From: Ruditapes philippinarum
Lineage: Eukaryota
Length of the DNA stretch: 64,000 bases
Assembly (NCBI RefSeq): GCF_026571515.1
Contig: NW_026859403.1
Coordinates: 1-64,000, forward strand
Direction of reading: 5' to 3'
The translations under genes were made by a program, and so were the position numbers. Of the stretch, positions 11,041 to 23,583 are shown in pieces; the first letter of the stretch is position 1, and every line of letters begins with the position of its first letter. The notes below the pieces were generated by a model. That model saw only the letters and a list, made by a program, of their open reading frames with translations, did not search any database and was not told where the DNA came from.

Positions 11041-11337
11041 TCAAAATTTAGATATTAAGGAAGTATTATTATGCGTCCGGTCCATGGAATCACTGCATGC
11101 TAACATCAAATATAAATCAACTGAATGACATGATTGTGTTTGTTCGGTTGGTTTTACGGCACACCAACAAACAGTTCTAGTGAATCACGTTTCAAAATAA
11201 AGCTTTATGTATGTTCATGAGGTATAAGACAGCGATCTCTGCAATGTTCATTTAATTTTGTAGTGATAAATACTTCCGAAGGACCACATTTTGTCCAGAA
11301 CAGTTTCCGTATAATTGCGTTTTATGAAAATTGCTTG

Positions 11338-12125
11338 TTTTTTGATGCCACCGCAGCATCTGCGATGCGGTGGCATATAGCGATTCACCTGTGTGTTTGT
11401 GTGCGTGTTTGTTTGTGTTATATAGATTATATAGTGAACTTAAATTTTCTTGTAAAAAACCACTAGTTCAATTTCAACCAAACTTGGCAGGATTGATCCT
11501 TGGGTGAAGGGCTTCCAAAGTTGTTCAAAGAATTTCATTCCATGCAGAAAATCTGGTTGCCATGGCAACGAAAAGGAATTATAAAATAAATTTAAAAAAT
11601 CTTCTTGTAAAGACCCAATAGGCCTAGAGCTTAGATATTTTGCATAAGGCACTGTCTAGTAGACCTCTACCAAGATTGTTCAAATTATAGCCCTGGGTTC
11701 AAAATCAGCCCCGCCCCGGCAGTCATTGATTTTCACTATATGTACATATAGTAAAAACTTAAAATACCTTCTTGTGAAGACCCAAAAGGCCTAGAGCTTA
11801 GATATTTTGTATAAAGCATTGTCTGGTAAACCCTTACCATGATTGTTCAAATTATAGCCCTGGGGTCAAAATCGGCCCCGCCCCGGGGGTCATTGATTTT
11901 CACTATATGTACATATAGTATAAACTTAAAATACCTTCTTGTAAAGACCCAAAAGGCCTAGAGCTTAGATATTTTGTATAAGGCATTGTCTGGTAACCCT
12001 CTACCCAGATTGTTCAAATTATAGCCCTTGGGTCAAAATCGGCCCCGCCCCGGGGGTCATTGGGTTTCCTTATATGTATATAGTAAAAACTTATAGTAAA
12101 AACTTTAAAAAAATATTTCTTCTAG
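11338..12125 (+). mobile_element. Non-autonomous Helentron-type element with 167-bp tandem units, 3'-truncated
   Basis: T-run followed by hairpin ATGCCACCGCA/TGCGGTGGCAT and a (GTGY/GTTT) microsatellite. Units start at 11601, 11768 and 11935 (period 167). Confidence 0.85.
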
Positions 12126-12139
12126 CAATTTACTTTAAT

Positions 12140-12304
12140 CCAGTTACCTCTCTGGCGTGGGTTCGATCCCCGGGAGATGCTTTGGTAGTTTAGCACGGAG
12201 GAAGGTAGTCTAGTACTGGTGAAACTCTAGGAACGATGGTTAGAAAACTACCCGCATAAATGACTGAAATACTGTTGGGGAAAAGGCGTAAAATGAAACA
12301 AACA
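12140..12304 (+). mobile_element. SINE family B, 5'-truncated
   Basis: Matches the reverse complement of 3866-4035. Confidence 0.85.
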
Positions 12305-12320
12305 TTATCTCCCCATTTTC

Positions 12321-12458
12321 TACTCAGGTGCCCGTTCGTGCCTGAAATAATGCACGGAAGGGCACCTGAGGTCTTCCTCCACCAGTAAAGCTGGAACGTC
12401 GCGATATGACCTATACTGTGTCGATGTGACATAAAACCCATAACAAAACAAACAAAAA
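12321..12458 (+). mobile_element. SINE family A, 5'-truncated
   Basis: Matches the 3' half of 10587-10860. 14-bp TSD ATCTCCCCATTTTC at 12307-12320 and 12459-12472. Confidence 0.92.
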
Positions 12459-14047
12459 ATCTCCCCATTTTCATATGAAGTACATTAAAATGAATGCTTA
12501 TTTAAATGATATAATGACACAAATTGGTTGGATAATTTGAGGTAATGCATATTATTTATCTCATATATTCGTCTATTTTGCACTCAGTTCTTTAAGACAA
12601 AGACCTGCCACTGCGAATATTTCTGATACTCAAGATCCACCTTGGATCAATGAAATACAATTTTGAATCACAGCAATATTGCATTTCTTTTTTGATTCGT
12701 CAGTTTGTTTTGTTCACCAATCGCTAGGAATAAAAACAGCTTGACGACAAATAACTTATAACGGTATAGCTGTTTTTTTATTTCGCGATTAATTTTATTT
12801 TAAGTATCATTATTGATATTTAACATAAATGAATTTCGAAAATATAAATACCATATACATGTTATATTATCAAATAAACGAACCTTTGTCAGCGCACATA
12901 ATGCAAAAGAATTGTCTTAATCTGATATTATAGAGATAACTATGTTTGGTTCTAGAATGTAATATAACAGAAAATGTATTCAAAGACAAATCCCATTTTA
13001 GCATCTCAGTGAACAAAATGTAGAACTGAAATTCAGACAAATTTCTTTGCAATTAAGGGCCATAAAATTAATCATTTTATATGTTGTGATTTCAATCTCC
13101 ATTCTCTTTGAAATAGGTTATATCGGAGTAAGTTAATTTTAGAAAATGAAAATTTAATAGTTCATTGTTTGTACAAGTGTCTACTTAATAGAAACATATG
13201 TGATAATCTTACAGATGCTTTTTAGAAAATTTGAATTGATTTATATACTGTTAGATATAATTGCATCAATATCAAACGAAATATAATGAGATATATGAGT
13301 AAGATAATACAGTATGGAAAACGTATTTCTAGAGATATGGCAGCCATGTTCTTTTTATTACTCAACTGTTCATTAAGACCCGGTTTAAATAAGTTCCGTT
13401 ACTGACATGAGTAAAACGGTAGCAAGTTATAACGCTTTTTATTATACCCCTGCCATAAAATGTGGAAGGGGGGGGGGTATAATGGATTCGTTTTGTCGCG
13501 TCGGTCCGTCCGTCTCCATTATCGTGTCCGCTTTATAAATCCTATACCAATTGAAGGATTTTCTTCAAACTTGGCCCAAATATTCACCTAAACACGGGAA
13601 TGTACAGAACCCCTGTTGCCTGTGTGTCAGCTCAAGGTCAATGTCACAATTGAAAGTCAAATATCAAACAATCAAATATTAGACAGTATGTTGTGTCCGC
13701 TCTGTAAGTCCTACACTATTTGAAAGATTTTCTTCAATCTTTGCTCAAATGTTCACCTCAACAAGGATATGTGCAGAAGGCTTAAGGTCAAGGTCACACT
13801 AAAAAGTCAGAAATTGACTTAGAAAATATTCTTAAATTTTAACATGTATTTAAATATTTCTGAAACTAGAAAAGGTATTTGCTTGAGACTTAAAATATAT
13901 ATGCAGTGACACAGTTAAGATATGCAGGTCAAGTTTCATAACTCTGTATTTCATTTTGACAAAGTTATGCCCCTTTTTAACTCTTCACATTTACATACAA
14001 TCAATTACTAGACATTAATGTCGTGTCCGCTCTATAAATCCTATACT

Positions 14048-16876
14048 CAGGGCTGGGAATCAAAACTGCTTCGTATCCTACAAAATGTAAACAAACACCG
14101 CCATCTTGGAAAGAAAAATGTATGTTTTTGTTTATAACTCTTTTTGTTGAAAATGACTGAAAACCAGATATATGTATTAACACGCTACACTATTTTCCGC
14201 TTCGTTCGGTATATGTTGCTTTAAAACTATTTTGTAAAACAAAAGTTATAGCGAACTTGCAACTCGAAGCGGAGCAGAATTTTTATGAAATTGTGTGGAT
14301 ACGACGCAGTTCATATTGCTTTGTCTATCGTTTTTTCCTTCAATCAATTATATACTCGTTTTCAGAGTTCACCATAACTTTCAAAACATAATTTTGCATC
14401 ATTTACTAAACTTTCAGTAATAAGAGATGTTTATTTTCCAAGATAATAATGATTTTTACGAAATGATACGACGCAGTTGAAAATAAAATATGATACGACG
14501 CAGTTGTATTTTCATTGCAGTCTGCATATTGGTTAACTATTTAAATTATGTGCTAGGTATGCTAATAACGTCCAACAACATTTCTTGTTTACAACTTAAG
14601 TCAAAAGCAGAGGTCACTCAATGGTTCCATAAAAATGGAAATTTAATACAATTCTATTAAGGCTGCATTTTTCGGTCGCATTTTAGTACCTATCGTAAGC
14701 ATCTACAAATTCAGAAAAAGCTGTATCAAATGTATTATACATTTAAAACACGTGATCGCACACCCATATAACAACATGTTCCAGTGTTTCCTTAGCATGC
14801 TTCTAAAATTGTTCCCGTGAGTTTGAAATGGGAGTGATTACTATTTTTGATACAAAATTCAATATTCCAGTGTTACCTCTCCTGGACCCTGTATTAATCA
14901 GGAATGACCTTTAAAAAAAAAAGAAAGAGAAAGAATTACAATTTTTGAAAAGGTCTCTTGCTATCGGAAGAGAGCTATGCCTTCCTTTGTTACTTGTAAT
15001 TAGCAATAATTTCCGTCAATTCCGTTATTACTTATGTCTTTTACGTGCGGATTTTATTGTATTCATTTTCTTAATAATCGGTGAGAACAGATATGAGCTT
15101 TATTATTTGACACTGAACATTAAAGTTTTTAAAATTATATTATAAATGGTTAAGCTACAATATATTTTTGCAAGTAGGTTATGCGTTCAGTTTAGTCATT
15201 TTATGTTCAGCGCCGCGGAACTTTACCGCTGATTTTGTCGTAAGGTCTACGGAATGTTTTTTCTATATTTGCACTTAAGTACCATTCTTCACCATTAAAA
15301 AACTTTAAATTTTCAAAATCGAGTTACATATGATACAACCAACTACAAATTATTTTGTAAAGAAGGTGTCCGTTTTTGCAAAGGTATTTTACGCTGTGCA
15401 CCGATACATTTGATACAGGCAGACATGATCTTTCAACAGTATTTAAGAAGTTTTAACAATATTGAACAGAAAATTTACGTCAGATTATCGCATCGAATTT
15501 TCAACAGACTAGAGACATGGCATCTTAACATACCTTCATACTAAAGTGTGATTTTTATTTGATAATGAATTGCCTGAAAACTTAAACAAAAGTTTTCAGA
15601 AAATGACTTCACAGAGGATTACCCCTGTTTACATTGAAAATTTCTCTGCTAGTCATACCAAAATAAGAAATTAAAATGTTATTCTCTTAATTAATTCAAA
15701 TATTTATAATCTTAAAACTTCACGCCAGAAGTTAATAAAAAGCTGTTTAGATGTACAGCTGACGTTAACAAATTTTGTTGAAAAAAATCAGACAGGTGTG
15801 TGCGACCGAGGCCGAGCTGTTTATGTTTACTGAATTCAAATCACTTGAACCAGGGACTTTTTATTCTTTCGTGTGGAAAACCTATCAAGCTAGTTTCAAA
15901 ATGTCGATGGTTCTCTGCAGGTGCAACATTTTGACTGAAATAATGCACAAAGGCGCACCTGAGGTCCTCGCCCCTAGTAAAGCTAATGTGTAGAGTGAAA
16001 GTTTGAAAACAAACCACAAAAAAGCAATCATTACCCTGAACATGCAGAACCACAGTTAACTTAGAGCGTAGCTAGCCAAAATGAATTAAAGTTAATAGAT
16101 TTCTACTTCTTTTTTTGCGAAAAAAAAAATAGGGATAATATTGAATATACAGGAACATATAAGAAATTATTTCAGATATTATGATCAATTAGGTAACATG
16201 TTCATGTTTAACTGAAAAGTAGCTTCCGCAATGAAAACTTTTAAATTAAATTTTATATATTGGACATGACACAATGTATTCTAAATAACCAAAATCAACA
16301 GAACATTGCTATACACAGCAAATGATCTGGGTTTTTTTTATTTAGCGCAAGTGATTATTCCATAAAATAGAAATATATTGCCAAAATTATCCCTGTTGAA
16401 AAGACTGTCAAAAATACAACTGCGTCGTATCATATTTTATTTTCAACTGCGTCGTATCATTTCGTAAAAATCATTATTTTCTTAGAAAATAAATATCTCT
16501 TTTTAATGAAAATTTAGTAAATGATGCAAAATTATATTTCGAAGTTTATGGTGAACTCTGAAACAAATATATAATTGATTTGAAGGAAAAAACGATAGAT
16601 AAAGCAATATGAACTGCGTCGTATCCACACATTTTCATAAAAATTCTGCCCCGCTTCGAGTTGCAAGTTCGCTATAACTTTTGTTTTACAAAATAGTTTT
16701 GCAAGCAACATATACCGAACGAAGCGGAAAATAGTGCCGCGTGTTAATACATATATCTGGTTTTCAGTCATTTCCAACAAAAAAAGTTATAAACAAAAAC
16801 ATACGTTTTTCGTTCCAATATGGCGGTGTTTGTTTACATTTTGTAGGATACGACGCAGTTTTGATTCCCAGCCCTG
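14048..16876. mobile_element. Non-autonomous DNA transposon with ~465-bp terminal inverted repeats and 5-bp TSD
   Basis: Starts CAGGGCTGGGAATCAAAACTGC and ends GCAGTTTTGATTCCCAGCCCTG. TIRs span ~14048-14512 and ~16410-16876. ATACT is duplicated at 14043-14047 and 16877-16881. No transposase ORF seen. Confidence 0.92.
15800..15990 (+). mobile_element. Degenerate SINE family A copy inside the TIR element
   Basis: ttcaaatcacttg...cagggacttt...ctatcaagctag...ctgaaataatgcac...gcacctgaggtc...agtaaagct. Confidence 0.75.
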
Positions 16877-19622
16877 ATACTAATGGAAAAATTTTCTTCA
16901 AACTTTACTCAATTCTTCACCTCAATAAGGTCATGTGCAGAACAAATGTTACCTTTTTGCCGGCTTAAGGTCAAGGTCACACTTGAATCTTAGAAAATGT
17001 TCTTAAATTTTAACATGTACTTCAATATTTCTGAAACTAGCACAGGTATTTGCTTGAAACTTAAAGATATATGAGGTGTCACAAGTAAGATATGCAGGTC
17101 AAGTTTCATTACTCTGTATTGGATTTTGACAAAGTGCTGTCCCTTTTTAAGTCTTTAAATTTACATACAATCAATACAAGACAATAAGTCGTGTCCGCTC
17201 TATAAATTCTATACTTATGGAAGGATTGTCTTCAAACTTAATTCAAATCTTCACCACAACAGGGCAATGTGCTGAACCCATCTTACCCTTGTGCCAGCTT
17301 AAGGTCAAGGCCACACTTGAAGGTCAAAATTGACTTAGAAAATGTTCTGAAAATTTAACATGTACTTGAATATTTCTAAAACAAGAACAGATAATCATTT
17401 GAAACTTCAAATATATATAAAAGTTGCAAGTAAGATATGCAGGTCAAGTTTCATAACTAAATAAGTGTGGGGGATAAATTTGTATTGTATTCTGACAAAG
17501 TAAACTTTAAATTTATTTACTATATTTCTTAAACCAGAACAGATATTTACTTGAAATTTAAAATTTATATAAATGGTTACAAGCAAGCTCAGATGAGGAA
17601 AATTCTACAATTCCATTGAATTATGACACAAGTTATGCCCCTTTTAGGCTTAGAAAATGTTCTGATATTACCATTAATACTTAAATGTTTCTGAAACTAG
17701 AACAGATATTCACTTGAAACTTTATAATATATGAAGGGTCACAAGTAAGTTCAATATGCAAAGTTTTTCCAATCTTAATTACATTTTGACATAATTATGC
17801 TATTTTCTTAACTTCACTGCTTTTGTTTGTTTTAGTACATTTGGAAAATGAAAGGTTATTTGTAACTGTTTCGAGCATGATTTGACAATATGTATTTATA
17901 CTATTACCTGTACAATTGTTTTTACCAGAGATAATTTCTTTTTATATTTATGTATTTGTGCCACATAAGATGACTAAAGTTATTTCCTTAACCACAAGTC
18001 GTCTTCTGTCAATGACATTGGTGGGGGTATGAATCGCATTCAGCGATAGTTCTAGTTTCAAATGCTATCCTTATACAATAGTCATTATTTACGCTTTATT
18101 TTTATCATTTAATCAGGGTATTTCAAAGACCCGGATTAAATGAAGAAGCATAAATATACTTTAAATATACTTGTCATATGATAATTTTTACAAGAATAAT
18201 GGAAATTGTTGCAACAGTTGCTGAAGTTTACTTCAGATTGTTAAGCTTTATTTTCCTTCCAATATAAACATTTTCCAGGTAAAAACATATCATAAAACGT
18301 TTTTTTTTATAAATAATTGACGTATTGTTGGAAACAATTCACTAATTATTAGAAACGGGAGGAAACACACGTTTACATGATACATGATAATTATTCATTC
18401 TTGATAAAGTAATTGGATAGATTCTTGATATTTGTTTCTGTTGTTGTTCTTTAAAAAAAGAACTAGAAAAAAACAACAACAATATAAATACAACGTTAAA
18501 ACTTTGCTAAACATCGCGAGTTATTTACATTAAAAGCAGACGCCTTTAGAATATTTTTTCATTTCAGTTTGGCTTACGTGTCACACGTGTTACAGGCCAT
18601 TGTCACAATTATAGAAAACTACAGTTTTTTTTATTAAAACAGAAATCTGAACATCAAGATGTAAAACATAATAGAAATGATTTTTTCGTCAACCAGTACA
18701 ACAAATATTTTCAAATTTTTCAGCAACCCTCGTCTGTTGTTCAAATAAAATATAAATGTACATGTGTAATTAGGTATATTTGTTTTAGCAGATATATGTC
18801 TAGTGATACTTTTAAAAGATTCTTAACTTGCTTACAAACGTACTTGTGTGTTGTAACATCATAATTCTTTACAATAAACGCTGGTAATTACGTTAGTTAA
18901 CCAGTGACATGAGACCGACATTTAAAAATTGATGAACAATTAGTCGATTACAAAAATTATTTGCTCATGATACGTATATGATAGCCTCAACCCTTTTATA
19001 CTACCAGTACTACCACTAAGGCGTCTTATACGATTTTGAAGTAAATTTTGTCACACTTGGTGCAGAGCTTAATCCAGTTGTTGCAGGTTGACTACAAGTG
19101 GTTCGCGACATTGTCCAACAACATAGAAAACTGAGGCGAAATGCCGGATGTGAGGAGAAGGGTTGGAGCTATCATCCGAGCACGTAGCAGTGACACACGT
19201 TCATAACAATTTGGCTACATAATGTCATTTTATGTTACGTAAGCGTCAACATTTACTAAAAATATCCACCAGTAAATGTTTTGTAAACGCTCCAACACCA
19301 TATGTATAAACACTTACATTTTTGGTAAAAAACAACACATTTGCTTATGCTTCAATAATTTAGTTAAAAAATAACTAAACTCATAAATGTACTGGGTTAT
19401 GATTACTAAATTGTTATCGCTACTTATCACATTACTATTTCTGACCTCAATTAAGTCGTCATCACATGACAGTGCTTTCAATCACAACCAATTTTAAATT
19501 TCTAGGGAGTACTTATTTCCAGGTATATATTTTATTTAAAATGAAATAATTGGAAACATATACTAGTATCTATCACTATCTACAACAATATATGTACTTG
19601 ACTCATTATGTATATGTACTCA

Positions 19623-19699
19623 TTAAAAAATAGAGAAAAACAGAAACCCTAAAGAAAGCCCAATACGGCAAAATTGAAAATGTTGCAGGCTCGGTTTGA
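19623..19699 (-). mobile_element. Family Z, short 5'-truncated copy
   Basis: Near-identical to 7206-7279. Confidence 0.8.
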
Positions 19700-20384
19700 A
19701 GTACTGTTAAGAAAATTTACAAGCAAGATACAACCATTTCTTTAGGGCAATTTATACTGACAAAAGTATTTACAACTCTTATGTTTATTCGTTCACGGAC
19801 AAAATAGATCCGCAGTTGATCAATTTAATTTTGATTGTAGCTTTTGTCAGTAAAAATTCTGCTAGACGTGTCGAATCGAAACAACGAGCCTCCTTATAAA
19901 TCGTTGTTTTCTAAATTTGGGAGGGGAACTTTGTGACTGACCAATGTCAACAAAATGACGACTGTGTGGTCCCAAAATTCCATGACGTCGACCATTTTTA
20001 TCAATCAACGTATCAGTTAAGTGATTTTTTACGTTTGTATAAAAAGTGTCGGAATCACGGGTATGTCGGATTAAGGTGTTATTTCTCTTAAATAAGAATG
20101 TAAAATGCCAAGTAATAAGAAGGTAAACAAAAATAAATGGAAAAAGGGAACAGAAGTAGTACAAGTGATGAACAATTTTTAGCTGTTAGTAAAGTATTTA
20201 AATCCACGACTTCGCCGCTGGCAAACAGGTTTCGTATTGAACGAAATAATCTCGATATTGTATGACAGTGATACCATCTCACCAGTAATATCGCCTTAAG
20301 ACATAACTGTTGGGATTATTGACGTAAGTGGAAATACGTCAGTTTAAAACATGAATGGTAAAACTACGGAGAGCCAGGTTGGAC

Positions 20385-20845
20385 AGAAGAAAGAAAAAAA
20401 TTTATTGACGTAAACAGTACAGTTTTTTGTCATACATTTTACATATTTACACAAATATATATTTGTCACAAAAATAAATACAGGTATTTCAAGGAGGATG
20501 AATAAGCAACTTACATTTTCTAGTTAATGAGAGAGTTTTGATGTTTCAAATTATTAATTTACTGTCTTTCTTAAATTAAATGCGTTGTATATGAATTCTG
20601 TCAGATTTACAACAGTAACACAATCGTCACATCTCAAAAGCTCTATAAACTTCATTGCTTTTAATTTGGCCGTCTATGAAAATATGCCTTAATGAATTGT
20701 TTCCTTATACTAGCGTATGCTGGACATACCATGACTTACCATGACAAAATGATATTCGTCTTCTATATCTCTATTGCTACAAAATATACAATATCGCACA
20801 TTTCTTTCTACTCTATTCTGGACCCACACGACTGGCATACTTAAG
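20385..20845 (-). pseudogene. 3' end of a LINE (CR1/L2-group-like)
   Basis: Translates as RYCIFCSNRDIEDEYHF (C-terminal Cys/His knuckle). The 3' UTR ends in AATAAA followed by a (TTC/TTTC)n tail near 20385-20410. Confidence 0.75.
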
Positions 20846-20939
20846 CCAAACAAAGCTCAAAAAGGCCAAGGCGTTCCACTGGTGTTGCCTATAATGAGCA
20901 AATAGAGAGTTGTAAGTCTGACCCCTTTTTCTATTGAAC

Positions 20940-22300
20940 ATGTTAAATCGATAAGTTTGGATGACAAACTCGTGTCAATGTTTAAACTGCTGACGTGTAC
21001 CAACAGTAACACAGACAATCTTAATACACGTGTATCAAATGTTTAAGATGATATTGTAAATATGTCTTATGCTTATGTGCAGTTAAATAGGAGAGTCAAA
21101 ACCCTTGAATATGAACGTATTGACGCTGAAGCTCGTAACCGTAGAAATAAATAAGTTTTCTGAGGTATTAAGGAAAATTTTTTATCCAAAAATTGTGATT
21201 CGCTTGTATAAATTCTCAGGGTTGAACTTGATATTGACCTTACAAGTATTTGTGTAGTACGTGCTCATTGGCTTGGAAAAGTGAATCCGGCAAAGACACG
21301 ACCAATTATAGCCTGTTTCAATGATTATCGACTGTTGAGCATATTTTATCTCATGCGTATAAATTGAAAGGTAAATACAACTTTGGCATAAACAGAGATT
21401 ATCCCAAGGAAATTGTTGAAGCAATGTCACGCATCTGGCCTAAATACAAGGAAGAGCGGTAAATAAATCCTCTTAAAACTGTTTATATTGGCTTCCCAGC
21501 AAAACTTTTGCGAAAAACAGAGTAGTGCAAGATGAATTTCCACGTTGGCAAAACGTTATGCAAATGTCACGTCACATAGAACGCACGCCGGCTAAAGGAG
21601 ATACCATTACAAAGCAACATGACAGGTTGCATAAGCAGCGTACAGAAAATCGCGTGCTTACGAGTAATCCTTTTGGCGCGTTATCAGAAATGTTAACAGA
21701 CAACAATTCTAGCAGCGATAACGAAGCAGATAACATAGGTGAATACAGCCAGTCAATACGAGTAATCACGACAAAAGACAAGCATTTTGTCTTAACAGCG
21801 TCACTACGTGTTACACCGATGTGGGATTCTGTGCCTTTCACAAATGAGGATACGGCAGTCAATTTAACGATTAACAACAACTCCTAGAGGACTGGGGTGA
21901 TACCCTGAATAACTCATGTGCTAATAGTTCTATTAAATTATAACCCGTTGACGTAAATGATAATTTGGAGGCAGCTATCGGAAATTCTTCATACGAGAAT
22001 AATAACGAAATTAATTGCAAACCTGCCAAACTAAGGATAGGATGATTAAATGTGTGTTGCTTGAAAAGGAGATTGAATTACATTGAATTTATTGAACTTG
22101 TTAACAATTACGATTTATTCTTAGTTACTGAAACCAAACTTGTATGACCAAATTAACTTAAGTGGTTACACTTACGTTAATATTCTGAGAAAACAAAAAA
22201 GTGGTGAGAAAATCTGGTGGTCTTGGTGCATTTATAAAAAATGAAATATTTCCATTAATTGAAGTTATACGTATACGCATTGTGACTATTTGTTTTGGTT
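20940..22300 (+). pseudogene. Decayed LINE 5' half: ORF1 (coiled-coil/RRM type) and start of ORF2 APE endonuclease
   Basis: ORF1 motifs EARNRRNK*VF*GIKE, VRAHWLGK...TRPIIACFNDYR and FGINRDYPKEI. APE motifs LRIG*LNVCCL, DLFLVTETKL and KSGGLGAFIK. Confidence 0.85.
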
Positions 22301-22309
22301 AAACACGCC

Positions 22310-23515
22310 TGGTAAATGATAGAGCTACCTCTTTCGGAGGTATACGGTAAATCGCTCTATCGCAACTTCCGAGCTAGTGAATGTCGATATAAAGCGCTTC
22401 TCTTATTTGCAAATAAAGTGGACATTTAACATGTAGCTCATCTTCAATGTTATTACTACAATTAAATTCTCTCATTAATTGGTAAAGCGTCATAACGACC
22501 AGTCTCAATTTTTAGAGGAGCAACTCCACATTTAAATTTGGATAATGCGCTCCTATAATGTCTTTTTATTATTTCAGACTGAACATAGTGTTCAGTTTTA
22601 TAATCTTTCTTAAATAGTTTATATTGTCTCAGTTTGTTGCCTTCCGTTCGTCCGCTAACACCAGAATTTGAATTTATTCTTGTTAACCAATCATTTTTGA
22701 AATCCAGAAACAATTTGTCTTGCAATGAGTTCAAAAAATTTGATCTCTCAGACTGACTATAGTATATGTTTAATAACAAAGATTTATGAAGACACTTGTG
22801 TATTTGTATCTATATCATATCACCAATTTTTCATTTTGTTTGGTATACTATATGACCGTTTAAATACTTGTAGATGGCATATTATTTAACCTAAACCAAT
22901 GTCTTATCAAAGGGGGGAGCCATCCCATGTCGCCTGTAACTGCGTCGTTCGGAGTATATTTGCCTACACCAAGGAAGAATGGTTAACTGCGTTTATCGCT
23001 GAGTATTCTCGGGTTCCCCATATTGCTGCTCCGTAACTGATCTCTGGCCACACAATACTGTCGTATAATTTGGTATAAACTGTATACGGCATTCCACCCG
23101 TGAGTTTTTATTTACGGATAATTAGACCGAGAGCACGAGTAACTGATTGTGCAACGTATTTTGCTATTTTGGCGTAATCTAAAGTTTCATTGAGCATCAA
23201 TCTGAGATATTTATATTACGCTACACAGTCTATTTCGTTACCTTTTAATGTGAAATTATACTCTGTTTTCTGGATGGATGGGTTACGGAAATGCATGACT
23301 TAAGTTTTGTCAATGTTTACACACATTCTGTTCTTAATACACCAGTTTGCAAGCTCATTCATAAGCGATTGAAGTTCTGTTTCATTTTCAGCGATAAGCA
23401 CCAAATCAACGGCGTTTAATAGGTGACATATATTTTTCCATCGACTTTTATTCCTATATTCATATGATCAGTCTTTACACTCAAGTCATTTATGTACATG
23501 TTGAAGATCGTTGTA
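22310..23515 (-). pseudogene. Decayed LINE ORF2, RT C-terminal half to 3' end
   Basis: Motifs TIFNMYINDL, HLLNAVDLVLIAEN (decayed YADD), NDAVTGDMGW and LKIETGRY (ORF 22462-22779). Confidence 0.9.
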
Positions 23516-23583
23516 CAGCCAGGTGTATTATAATTACATAATATATCAAATGACAATGCACAATGATCTGACCATTCCATTAA

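Larger units (their letters stand above)
13436..18058 (+). mobile_element. Non-autonomous Helentron-type element, interrupted by a TIR element
   Basis: 5' end has a T-run, a TATACCCC...GGGGTATA hairpin and (GTCC)n. Interior has diverged tandem units (gtgtccgctctataaa...caaggtcac). 3' end GGGGGTATGAATCGC..GCGATAGTTCTAGTTT. The internal unit continues seamlessly across 14048-16876. Confidence 0.85.

Noticed and set aside
19701-20420. Possible MITE with GTACTGTT...AACAGTAC ends
   Set aside because: Only an 8-bp match, and the right end lies inside a LINE 3' UTR.
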